Positions 1-8,690 are shown, numbered from the stretch's first letter. The stretch is DNA of 64,000 nucleotides from an uncultured Pseudomonadales bacterium (GCA_964620965.1 CAZUHV010000001.1:149839-213838), one strand, 5' to 3'. Notes: a model not told the origin generated them from the letters alone. Program-made: numbers and translations.

Positions 1-90
1 TTGTTTGGAAACTCAACATGTATTGGAAAGTTAATGTGATTGTACTCTTTTTTTACTAATATGAAAGTAAGTTGATGTATTGATCAATTA

Positions 91-164
91 GGTGGGCGGC
101 TAGACTTGAACTAGTTTCGGCTTCAAAAAGACATGCCCCATCAAGATCGATCTTTACACCCACC
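91..164 (-). ncRNA. tRNA-like small RNA (non-canonical or degenerate)
   Basis: Minus strand reads GGTGGGTG...CGCCCACC (8-bp acceptor-like stem with one G-U), a D-like hairpin AAGA-TCGA-TCTT and a T arm CTAG-TTCAAGT-CTAG. An extended -10 (TGtTATAGT) lies 6 nt upstream. The anticodon arm is weak and no CCA is encoded. Confidence 0.45.
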
Positions 165-278
165 TCAAGTACTATAACACAGTAAGTAATACTCTTTCTT
201 ATAAAAATAAGAACTATCTGTTCAGCAAAGAACTCGTAATGTACAATAAACGCTGAACAACTTGATATAGGTAGCATT

Positions 279-722
279 ATGCAAATTCACATATTAAAAA
301 AAATAGTGATATCTTTATTGCTAATTGTAGGTGGTTTTCTTGCCTGGTTTATCTGGTTGATTGTTACCGACAAACCCCCTAGTTTTTTTCCACTAAATAA
401 TTCCTCCGCAGAATATACAGTTAGTAAGAAGTGCTCTCATGGTCAGGGATGGAATGAAGATGATGAAACACAAGATAAAGGTTTCTGCATTGAATATAAA
501 GGCAACAATGTATTTATGAATGACAGCTCAGGAAATACAAACTTTTTCAGAATTACCGTTGGAAAAAGCAAGATAGATCTCGAACCATTTGTTGGGAAGG
601 AAGTAAAAAATGTTAAGGGGAACTTTGTAACTTCAAATAAGCAATGCATTAATAATAGATGTATTGATATTGGAGGAGCCTATGTTGTTCTGGATATTAG
701 TGAATTAGAACTCGCAGAATAA
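279..722 (+). CDS. membrane-anchored hypothetical protein (Cys-containing ectodomain)
   Basis: 147-aa ORF with an N-terminal TM helix. Confidence 0.75.
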   Translation: MQIHILKKIVISLLLIVGGFLAWFIWLIVTDKPPSFFPLNNSSAEYTVSKKCSHGQGWNEDDETQDKGFCIEYKGNNVFMNDSSGNTNFFRITVGKSKIDLEPFVGKEVKNVKGNFVTSNKQCINNRCIDIGGAYVVLDISELELAE

Positions 723-728
723 CGTGGA

Positions 729-1091
729 ATGGCGCAAATAATCAAAAAAATACTAGTGATCATGGAAAAATCACACCGATGTTTGGTCATAGATAGCGGC
801 TCAAACAACAATCCTAAATACCGATTGCCAAAAGCTGAAGAAATATCCTACCAGGTTTTTAGAAAGGCAAAAAAGGTCAATCTAATTTCAGAAGCAGAAG
901 CAATAATAACTAAAACCGAAATTTCACCTTGGGATTTGCTAGATCCTTTTCCAACTCAGGATTTCTACGACTACGGCTACATTAATTTGAAAAACAGAAG
1001 TGAGACAAATCGATATTGGCATGATCTGATCGAGGAAGATAAGATCTTAATTCAAAAAGTTGAGCGAAATCTTATACAAGTAATTGGTTGA
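729..1091 (+). CDS. hypothetical protein
   Basis: 120-aa ORF starting 6 nt after the previous stop; ends in TGA. Confidence 0.6.
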   Translation: MAQIIKKILVIMEKSHRCLVIDSGSNNNPKYRLPKAEEISYQVFRKAKKVNLISEAEAIITKTEISPWDLLDPFPTQDFYDYGYINLKNRSETNRYWHDLIEEDKILIQKVERNLIQVIG

Positions 1092-1161
1092 TACCAAAGA
1101 AATCTGGGGAAATAGTTTACATCGTTGAGCAATAGCAATTAAAAAAGAGTACAATTTAGTT

Positions 1162-1536
1162 ATGAAGAATAAAATACTTATTCTAGGAGTAATTCTTACG
1201 TTACTGAGCATGTTGCTTACGCAGTTTAATGTCATAAGTACATTTACTATAACAATTAGCCTAGATGAGCTAGCTCGTGCTATGTTCTTACGACAACTAA
1301 GTCTTTTTGCTCTTTTTGGTGGCGTAATTATCATATTCACAGGTTTCCTTAGTTACCTGAAACAAAAGCGCTACCAATTAAATGTTAGAGAAATGCTAGT
1401 GTTCTTTTTGCTGTTTTTGTTAATACTCGGGTATTTTCAATACTTTTGGTTTGTAGGCACAATGGATTGTGTTATTGCAAGAAGCACATCTGGTGTAATT
1501 ATAGACTGGGCGAATATTAGAGATTGTAGTTATTAA
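1162..1536 (+). CDS. small multi-pass membrane protein
   Basis: 3 hydrophobic segments; TACAAT 6 nt before the ATG. Confidence 0.7.
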   Translation: MKNKILILGVILTLLSMLLTQFNVISTFTITISLDELARAMFLRQLSLFALFGGVIIIFTGFLSYLKQKRYQLNVREMLVFFLLFLLILGYFQYFWFVGTMDCVIARSTSGVIIDWANIRDCSY

Positions 1537-1554
1537 ACCTTTTCCCGTATTTTT

Positions 1555-2670
1555 ATGTCCAAACCCCAAAAAAATCGAAAAAAACCTAAAGTAATTAGGC
1601 ACGAAAAAGTCTTGAAACAAATTTTAATGCTGTGTCTTAGCCTCTTTTTAGCATTATTAACAGCACTCTTGCCAAGTAAAGCTTACAATCATAACAGTTT
1701 AGCTAATATGCAGTTTGGCTATCCATTTCGATTTATTACTCAGGATATAAGCACTCTCGATCCACCCACTTATCCTAGATGGTATAGTCTCCGATTAATC
1801 CAGGAATATCCTACTAGCCTCACTCTGGTGAACTTAGTTTTATCCGTTTTAAGTTTTGCGCTTGCACTACATTTTTCTCCTATAGTGCCAAAAAAACAAC
1901 GTGCCTTATTACTAGCTGGAATAGGAGTAATTGTGATAGGTGCTTTATTTTTCATTTCGAACTTTATTTTTGTTAGTAAGGAAATCCCAAATAATCAACA
2001 AGCTACTAACTTTGAAAAAACATCTGCTACCCGAAGAAAGGATAAGATTCCAGAAATTACTCTGGAGGAAATGGGTTACTCAGACGTCACTCCTAATGCT
2101 ATACCAACAGAAGAACAAGCTTGGCTCAAATATGAATTTAGAGATGCTGAGCTAAACCATAAAGCAAATAGTAGACCTGAATTTATATATTCAAACTATG
2201 ACCTCTATTTTCCAGAAGGTTGGAAGTTGTATCTCAACCAAATCGATGCATTTGATGAAAATGGCAGTAGAGTTGGAGATGCTGGTGGAGCTGATTTACT
2301 TCTAATAAACGGTCGAAACAGGATTGATATTAAACAAGCTATATATTCTTTTGGTATTTGCACAATCAATAACACAAGTGAACCCCTGGTTAACAAAATT
2401 GATTGCGGCCAGATGTACTTAGATGTTGCTAATAAGAACAATTCCGTTGAATACATTCTTTCATCAGAGAACATATCTTCAGGAGATCTTATAGATAGAA
2501 CATTTCTCATTTGTGATAGAACTTTCCTTAAAAAGAGCAACTATCCAGGCTTTCAAGATGATGAGTGTTCCTTAGTTACTGATTTTGGACTTATTACGAT
2601 GAGAGCAGAAAGTCAAGAAGTGTTGGATCAAATGGCTGAGATACTAAGAAGAATTGAAGTTGTTCAGTGA
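1555..2670 (+). CDS. membrane protein with C-terminal extracellular domain
   Basis: 371 aa; 3 TM segments (GYPF motif typical of small CPR membrane proteins) followed by a soluble domain. Confidence 0.75.
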   Translation: MSKPQKNRKKPKVIRHEKVLKQILMLCLSLFLALLTALLPSKAYNHNSLANMQFGYPFRFITQDISTLDPPTYPRWYSLRLIQEYPTSLTLVNLVLSVLSFALALHFSPIVPKKQRALLLAGIGVIVIGALFFISNFIFVSKEIPNNQQATNFEKTSATRRKDKIPEITLEEMGYSDVTPNAIPTEEQAWLKYEFRDAELNHKANSRPEFIYSNYDLYFPEGWKLYLNQIDAFDENGSRVGDAGGADLLLINGRNRIDIKQAIYSFGICTINNTSEPLVNKIDCGQMYLDVANKNNSVEYILSSENISSGDLIDRTFLICDRTFLKKSNYPGFQDDECSLVTDFGLITMRAESQEVLDQMAEILRRIEVVQ

Positions 2671-2752
2671 ACTACATACCACTATTCGTAACAAGAGCAA
2701 ATTAGAGTGTCATTTCTGAATCAAGAGCAGTATAATAGCACCCAATACACAT

Positions 2753-2959
2753 ATGGGATCACAAGAAAAATTTGGCCACAACCTCAGATTAGCTCGAAAA
2801 AAAGCTGATCTTACACAGCAACAAGTTGCTGAAAAAGCCAAACTACACACAAACTACTATGCACGAATTGAAAGAGGAGAAGAAAATCCTTCCTATGAAG
2901 TGCTAGAAAAAATCATCAAGGCTTTGAAAATTAAGTCTTCTGACGTATTCCCGTTTTAA
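2753..2959 (+). CDS. XRE-family helix-turn-helix regulator
   Basis: LRLARKKADLTQQQVAEKAKLHTNYYARIERGEENPS is a canonical HTH_3 pattern. Confidence 0.92.
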   Translation: MGSQEKFGHNLRLARKKADLTQQQVAEKAKLHTNYYARIERGEENPSYEVLEKIIKALKIKSSDVFPF

Positions 2960-3162
2960 TCGTTTCTTGTAACTTCACCATCTTCAGAAATAGTTACTTT
3001 TCCTGACTTTAAATCTTCATCAACCCGATCAACCAAGGCTCCAGCTAATCCTTGTAGGCCTTGAATAGTCTTAATTGCATTTTCTCGAGTTGCTTTTTCT
3101 GGATCTGAATTTTCAAGCATCTTAAGAACTTTTTGAATTTCTTCTTCAGTTGGTTTTCTCAT
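2956..3162 (-). CDS. small hypothetical protein
   Basis: 68 aa; AAGGA SD and TGtTACACT upstream; converges on the XRE gene. Confidence 0.65.
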   Translation of the reverse strand: MRKPTEEEIQKVLKMLENSDPEKATRENAIKTIQGLQGLAGALVDRVDEDLKSGKVTISEDGEVTRND

Positions 3163-3198
3163 TTTATTTCCTTTGATATCTGGTAGTGTAACATGAAA

Positions 3199-3639
3199 CT
3201 AGATAAATCGCCCTAGCTTCAAAAAATTAAACATCTTGCTGGCGTGCCCATCACCCACAGTTCTACGCATAATTTCTCGGCTATTAGCTTGAGAGAGTAT
3301 ATTCAAGCTACCTTCCCACAACACATCTCTGTCAATAATAGCCAGTTTTCTGTGGTGATTATTTTTTGTAACTAAAACTTGAACTCCAATTCGTTCAAAA
3401 TACTCAATAACTTCCTCAGCTTGTGGTCGCATTGCAGGCATATGTTTTTGTGGGTCTCTGGTAATCACGTAAATTTTTACGCCATCTTCTACTAACTTCT
3501 CAAACACAGAGCAAAGTGTAAGTGTTCTGTCATTAGTAATAAATGGACTTTCAATCACGACTTCGCGCTTTGCGTGAAGTAAATCTCTCTCAAACTTTTT
3601 ATAAAAAGTGGTTTCATCAAACAGTGCAGTGTTAAACAT
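3199..3639 (-). CDS. phospholipase D-superfamily (single HKD) protein, probable nuclease
   Basis: HRKLAIID...WEGSLN motif and SPFI motif. GAGGAG SD 7 nt before the ATG at 3639 favours this start over 3654. Confidence 0.85.
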   Translation of the reverse strand: MFNTALFDETTFYKKFERDLLHAKREVVIESPFITNDRTLTLCSVFEKLVEDGVKIYVITRDPQKHMPAMRPQAEEVIEYFERIGVQVLVTKNNHHRKLAIIDRDVLWEGSLNILSQANSREIMRRTVGDGHASKMFNFLKLGRFI

Positions 3640-3666
3640 TTTTAGACTCCTCATCTACTTCATTAT

Positions 3667-3729
3667 ATATAAGACGTAGCCTCTCAAGGTCTGCTAAAAA
3701 TGGTTCAAACTGAGTTACCTTAGGGTCAC
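3667..3729. repeat. 63-bp direct repeat, copy 1 (att-like site carrying a putative integrase C-terminal fragment)
   Basis: 57/63 identical to 4824-4886; minus-strand frame 3727-3632 reads DPKVTQFEPFLADLERLRLIYNEVDEESKNV*. Confidence 0.9.
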
Positions 3730-3733
3730 ATTT

Positions 3734-4768
3734 TTATTCATCACCCAAAACGTAATAAGTTGATCTTCCCTTACCTTCACGTTTAATAAAACCTAGCTCA
3801 ATAAGTTTTTGAAAATCTAAAGCTCTCGTTGCTTTAGCCCTATCTGTTAATTTTGAGTAATCTCTATCAGTAATAAAACCATTTTTCTGTATAAACTCAA
3901 TAAGTTTAATGTGGTATTCTTCAATCCTTGTTTCAGGTGAGTGTCCTACTTTAGGGACTATCTTTTTAACTCTTAATAATTCATCAATAATACCTTCTGT
4001 GAAATATTCCAACCACTCAGAAAAATCAATGTTTTCTGCTAATTCATTATAGTCACCATATTCTCCAACTGTTTGAAAATATTTGGTTACATTTTTATTG
4101 TAGTAGTTTTCAAAACTAAATAGGTTAAAAGTATTCAAACCCATTTTTGCTAATAAAACTTTTGTAATTAATCTTGTAGTTCTTCCGTTTCCATCCATGA
4201 ACGGATGAATAATAACCATCTGCTTATGAAAAATTCCTGCCAAAATCAAAGAGTCCACCTTATCATTATTTTCTAAAATAAAATCAACTAGTTCTTTTAT
4301 CAATTTTTCAACTTTGTCATGATCTGGGGGCAAAAAAACTACTTTTCCCGATCTTGGATCATTGACAACAACTGGTTTTTTTCTTAATTTACCAGATTCA
4401 TATTCAGGTAATAAACCATTAACAACTTTTTTATGAATTTCTAAAACCAAATTCACTGAGATGTCGGCATCATCTTTCTTGCAATATGTGTTTAAGTACT
4501 CCAATGCCTCATTATAATTAAGTACTTCACGTTCACTGTCACGAATATATTCTGGCTTGTTTTTTAAAACCTTTTTAACTTCAGTTAATGGTAATGGATT
4601 ACCTTCAATACTTGTTGAAGCAAAAGTAGAAACTTCTCTAGCTTTTTTCTCAAAATCCATTAAAACAACCTTAGGAAATCTCTGATTATTGAGCTCTTCA
4701 ACCAATAAAGATATATACTTTATATTAGAAAGTAATTTATTTGTGATTGTGTATTTTGGATTAAACAT
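3734..4768 (-). CDS. Fic-family protein (class II, autoinhibited) with C-terminal winged HTH
   Basis: Catalytic motif HPFMDGNGRTTR, inhibitory motif STSIEGN, and C-terminal wHTH (ATRALDFQKLIELGFIKREGKGRSTYY). Confidence 0.93.
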   Translation of the reverse strand: MFNPKYTITNKLLSNIKYISLLVEELNNQRFPKVVLMDFEKKAREVSTFASTSIEGNPLPLTEVKKVLKNKPEYIRDSEREVLNYNEALEYLNTYCKKDDADISVNLVLEIHKKVVNGLLPEYESGKLRKKPVVVNDPRSGKVVFLPPDHDKVEKLIKELVDFILENNDKVDSLILAGIFHKQMVIIHPFMDGNGRTTRLITKVLLAKMGLNTFNLFSFENYYNKNVTKYFQTVGEYGDYNELAENIDFSEWLEYFTEGIIDELLRVKKIVPKVGHSPETRIEEYHIKLIEFIQKNGFITDRDYSKLTDRAKATRALDFQKLIELGFIKREGKGRSTYYVLGDE

Positions 4769-4770
4769 AT

Positions 4771-4806
4771 TAGTCTAATAATAGACGATTATTAGACTAT
4801 TGTCAA
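4771..4806 (-). promoter_or_regulatory. fic promoter with a perfect 12-5-12 palindromic operator
   Basis: TTGACA-17-TATTAT on the minus strand, overlapped by TAGTCTAATAAT-N5-ATTATTAGACTA (4771-4799). Confidence 0.75.
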
Positions 4807-4823
4807 GAGTGAATGCTTTCATA

Positions 4824-4888
4824 ATATAAGACGCAATTTCTCGAGGTCTGCTAAAAATGGTTCAAACTGAGTTACATTAGGGTCACCA
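4824..4888. repeat. 63-bp direct repeat, copy 2, plus CA (att-like island boundary ending GGGTCACCA)
   Basis: Matches 3667-3729; ends like a tRNA-Glu 3' terminus; minus frame 4887-4819 reads GDPNVTQFEPFLADLEKLRLIL*. Confidence 0.9.
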
Positions 4889-4922
4889 TTCCTTTCATGT
4901 ATCATCCATGCTATGATAATTA

Positions 4923-7466
4923 TTGAGTATGTGTGTCAAAAAGTTGCTAACATCACTATTTTTTTCGTTCTTCATTTACTTTTTGCCAGCCAGTGCACAC
5001 GCAGTATCACCAACTCTCGAATCATTTAGCTCAACTGGCACAGTGAGTGGAAATGGCACCACACTCTCTGTTGCACTCCCTTCAGGTGTGCAAGCTGGGG
5101 ATCTCCTTGTTGCGTGTGTTGCTGGTAGTGGTGACAACACTGCCGACGTTTCGGCAGACGGCTGGACACATGTTGAAACCGCAGGTGGTGGAGGTACTAA
5201 TCCTAAAGTTGGCATGCTCTATCGTTTTTGGCAATCCGGTGACGCAAATCCTGCTGTGTTTACAATCAGTACTGGAAATAGCCTAGCATTAAGAAGAGGT
5301 AATATCTGGCGCATCTCTGGAGCTGATGCAACTCCAAGCGACGCTGTACCAAGTACTAACGTGAGTGGTACTTCAACCTCACGTGAATACAATAGCATCA
5401 CTACTAACACAAATGACGCACTTCTACTTGGTTGTCTACATTGGGTTGCAAATGACAGCAACTATACTCCAGATGGGGATCTTTCAAACACTGTCACACA
5501 AAATCGTCACGCTGCTGATTCTGGAGTGCAAGCAACAGCTGGTGTGACTGGAAATTTTATCGGAAGTGGTACTAGTAGTGGATACGCCTCCATATTATGG
5601 GCAGTTGCTCCAGGAGATCCACCTAATACACCAACAGTTTCACTTGAAAGTCCCGCAGATGATGCAACTGGTGTTAGTACTACACCCACATTTGCTTTTA
5701 CCGGCTCTGATGGAGATAATGACGATCTCACCTACGAAATACAAATTACTGACAACCCAAATAGTTTCACTGGCGGAGAGGTATTAGGAGATAGTTTTAG
5801 TGGCGGAAGTGGTGGGTCATTTCATCCACAACCACACTCATCTGCGTCTACCTGGCAAGGAAATATACAAGTAGATGATCGTATGTGTCAAAGCTTTACT
5901 GCTGTTGGTGGCAAATGGTCAAAAGCAGTATTTCCTCTAGGTGATTCTCGAACAGATACTAATGGTACAAGTTATGCACGAATCTATGAGCATGCAGGCA
6001 CCTTTGGTACTTCAAGTGCTCCAGCAAACGCAGGTAATCCAGATGACCAAACTTCAAGTGGAACACCAACAGCAGACTGGCTTGCTGTATCTGACGGCGT
6101 CGTACTTGGTGCAAGCTTTACTGCTGGCAACTTTAACTTTCCTGCATCAGGTTCAAACCAAATTCGCTTTGGAGCAGGAACAAAATATCTTGTCTGTGGT
6201 GATTGGATCCCAAATAATAGACTGGAAAACAACACTTGGGCATGGTCTGGAGATGTCTTAAACTCTGGTGCACTTCATGCCGGAAATCTATATCACGATG
6301 GATTTAGCGCCTTTAATCATGGGGTACATGCAGATTGGGACTTACACTTTTCTATTTACGAAACATTTACTTTAGAACAAGCAGATAGCCCAACAGATTC
6401 TGGCTTTACAAATAGTGACAATGGTAGCGACACAACTCCATTTACTGCTGGCGATCAGATAAACTATGAAGCTCAAACAGAGCTTGATGAAGATATTACC
6501 TATTATTGGAGGGTAAGAGTTAGTGATGGCACAACCACAAGTGATTGGAGTACTACAAACAGTTTCACAACTAGTGCGACACCAACACCCACGCCCACAC
6601 CCACGCCCACACCAACCCCTACTCCATCGCCTACGGCAACTGCAACTTTGAGCTCTATCTTCTCAATAGCTACAGCTGCAAATAGTTCACCAACAATATG
6701 TAATGCTCCCAAACCAAGTGGAAAACCAGAGTTATTCCAGGTCACTACAACTACAAATACTGGTAAAGTTACTTTCACACCTATCTCAAATGTCGATGCA
6801 TACTTCATCAGCTTTGGTACAAATAAATCAGCAGAAGAACACGGTGTATTAGTAAAACTGGGTACTGAAGGCGCACAAAGCTATACAATCGAACATTTGC
6901 AACCAGGAACAACATACTACTTTAAAGTTAGAGGTCAAAATGAGTGTGCAACAGGTGAATGGTCGCAAATAGTATCTGCAACTACAATAAAACAAACAGG
7001 TTTTCTTGACACAATTTTAGAAAACTCACTTGTAGTGACAGAACAAAATATAAACTTACCATTGAATGAAAACGAAACAGAAAAAATTGATCATACAGAT
7101 GAAAAAATAGAACTAGAAAGCTATGATGTATCATTGACAATATTGCTAGCAGGGAAACCCCTAACGGGAGCTCAAGTTGAATTACACTCAGATCCTAAAT
7201 ACGGAAGAACTGATGAGAATGGCCAAGTACTTTTTGCAAATGTTGAGAAAGGTGAACACACAATAATTGTTTCCCATGAAGAGTATAGAGCAGAACAAAA
7301 GCTTAACGTCACTGGGGATAATCCTCAGTTCGACGTTGCAATCACACTAGAAATACAAGAAAGTTTGCTTCCGAACTGGGCTTGGATTATGATCACTACC
7401 ATACTAACACTATCTGTTGTGATACTAGGAATTCAGCATTTCAAACTAAAAAAGAATCATAACTAG
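4923..7466 (+). CDS. cell-surface protein with FN3/Ig-like domains, PT-repeat linker and C-terminal TM
   Basis: Signal peptide, YYWRVRV and LQPGTTYYFKVRG FN3 motifs, (TP)n linker, carboxypeptidase-regulatory-like domain, TM anchor. Confidence 0.85.
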   Translation: MSMCVKKLLTSLFFSFFIYFLPASAHAVSPTLESFSSTGTVSGNGTTLSVALPSGVQAGDLLVACVAGSGDNTADVSADGWTHVETAGGGGTNPKVGMLYRFWQSGDANPAVFTISTGNSLALRRGNIWRISGADATPSDAVPSTNVSGTSTSREYNSITTNTNDALLLGCLHWVANDSNYTPDGDLSNTVTQNRHAADSGVQATAGVTGNFIGSGTSSGYASILWAVAPGDPPNTPTVSLESPADDATGVSTTPTFAFTGSDGDNDDLTYEIQITDNPNSFTGGEVLGDSFSGGSGGSFHPQPHSSASTWQGNIQVDDRMCQSFTAVGGKWSKAVFPLGDSRTDTNGTSYARIYEHAGTFGTSSAPANAGNPDDQTSSGTPTADWLAVSDGVVLGASFTAGNFNFPASGSNQIRFGAGTKYLVCGDWIPNNRLENNTWAWSGDVLNSGALHAGNLYHDGFSAFNHGVHADWDLHFSIYETFTLEQADSPTDSGFTNSDNGSDTTPFTAGDQINYEAQTELDEDITYYWRVRVSDGTTTSDWSTTNSFTTSATPTPTPTPTPTPTPTPSPTATATLSSIFSIATAANSSPTICNAPKPSGKPELFQVTTTTNTGKVTFTPISNVDAYFISFGTNKSAEEHGVLVKLGTEGAQSYTIEHLQPGTTYYFKVRGQNECATGEWSQIVSATTIKQTGFLDTILENSLVVTEQNINLPLNENETEKIDHTDEKIELESYDVSLTILLAGKPLTGAQVELHSDPKYGRTDENGQVLFANVEKGEHTIIVSHEEYRAEQKLNVTGDNPQFDVAITLEIQESLLPNWAWIMITTILTLSVVILGIQHFKLKKNHN
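6579..6635 (+). repeat. coding (Thr-Pro)n repeat
   Basis: ACNCCN hexamer repeats encoding TPTPTP... Confidence 0.9.
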
Positions 7467-7498
7467 CTATTTATCGCTATTTTTTATATAGTGAAAAT

Positions 7499-8680
7499 AT
7501 GACGAAAAAAAAGCTAATTCTAGTCTCCATTATTTGTTTTATCTTAATTTGCATTGTTGCCTTATACAAAACAGTGAATCCAACATCACTTGGTGATCCT
7601 GTAAAGATTGGTCTCACAAAAGATTCTCTCCAAAATACAAATTCTGGTACAAAACCAACTACTGAAGAAACACCAACAGAATACATCCAAACAATTGCAA
7701 CCGACCTAGATATTCCTTGGGAAATTGCTTTCTTACCAAATGGAAAATTACTAGTTACAGAGCGACCAGGTAATCTTTTAGTTATCAGTCCTGAAAAGCA
7801 AAAATCTCTTATTGTATCAGGAGTTCACCATGAGGGAGAAGGTGGTTTACTAGGGCTCACACTTGACCCTAACTTTGAAGATAATCAGTTTTTATACTTA
7901 TATCTTACTTCTAACAAAAACGGCGAAATTTTAAATCGAGTTGAGCGATACAGATTTGACGAAAAAGCTACTTCACTCAAAGATCCAACAGTTATTATAG
8001 ATAACATTCCAGGTGCTAGATTTCATGATGGGGGCCGTATTGCTTTTGGTCCAGACGGATACCTTTACATCACAACTGGAGATGCTCAACAGGAGGAGCT
8101 TGCACAAAATCAGAATTCGCTCGCAGGAAAAATTTTACGTATAACAAGCACTGGTGAGATTCCACAAGAAAATCCTTACCATACAGCTGTTTATAGTTTT
8201 GGACATCGCAATCCACAAGGAATTGATTGGGATAAAGATAGTAACTTATGGGCAAGTGAGCATGGGCGCTCTATTCCACTTTCCGGATTTGATGAAGTTA
8301 ATCTAATTAAGATTGGTCAAAACTATGGCTGGCCAGTCATTCAAGGTGCCGAAACACAAAATGAAATGAATACCCCAAAACTTCAGTCCGGTTCAAATAC
8401 AACTTGGGCACCTGGAGACTTAGCAGTATATGAAAATAACATTATCTTCACTGGCTTAAAAGGAGAAAGTATCTATACTGCTCAAATTCAAGGTGATACT
8501 CTTACAAATCTTACAGAGCACTTTACTGGCGAATTTGGCAGAATCAGAGCAGCAGTTGTAGATCCTACGAAACAATGGCTTTATATAACTACAAGTAACA
8601 CAGATGGAAGAGGAAAATCACAAGAAAATGATGATAAGATTATTCGATTTTGGTTGCCACTCTTTTTTCCAGAACAGTAG
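7499..8680 (+). CDS. PQQ-dependent soluble sugar (aldose/glucose-sorbosone) dehydrogenase family
   Basis: Motifs PWEIAFLP, GEGGLLG, HDGGRIAFGPDG, GHRNPQG, NYGWP; N-terminal TM. Confidence 0.9.
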   Translation: MTKKKLILVSIICFILICIVALYKTVNPTSLGDPVKIGLTKDSLQNTNSGTKPTTEETPTEYIQTIATDLDIPWEIAFLPNGKLLVTERPGNLLVISPEKQKSLIVSGVHHEGEGGLLGLTLDPNFEDNQFLYLYLTSNKNGEILNRVERYRFDEKATSLKDPTVIIDNIPGARFHDGGRIAFGPDGYLYITTGDAQQEELAQNQNSLAGKILRITSTGEIPQENPYHTAVYSFGHRNPQGIDWDKDSNLWASEHGRSIPLSGFDEVNLIKIGQNYGWPVIQGAETQNEMNTPKLQSGSNTTWAPGDLAVYENNIIFTGLKGESIYTAQIQGDTLTNLTEHFTGEFGRIRAAVVDPTKQWLYITTSNTDGRGKSQENDDKIIRFWLPLFFPEQ

Positions 8681-8690
8681 TAGAAAATTG

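Larger units (their letters stand above)
1..4888. mobile_element. distal end of a putative tRNA-integrated genomic island
   Basis: ORFan membrane proteins, XRE, PLD and Fic cargo, bounded by att-like repeats. No integrase lies within the window. Confidence 0.55.

Noticed and set aside
56-277. 73-aa minus-strand ORF
   Set aside because: It overlaps the tRNA-like RNA and its promoter and has no recognisable protein features.
39-1155. 15-bp inverted match ATTGTACTCTTTTTT (39-53) / AAAAAAGAGTACAAT (1141-1155) as IS ends
   Set aside because: No transposase between them and low complexity; both contain a TACAAT -10 box, so they are better explained as similar outward-facing promoters.
3667-4886. 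Repeats as classical integron attC sites or CRISPR repeats
   Set aside because: No RYYYAAC...GTTRRRY ends or bottom-strand hairpin; only two copies 1157 bp apart, with no cas or intI gene.
4815-4888. Intact tRNA-Glu gene at the outer repeat
   Set aside because: Only GGTTCAAA and GGGTCACCA resemble tRNA; there is no T stem, D arm or acceptor 5' strand, and the spacing is 5 nt too long.
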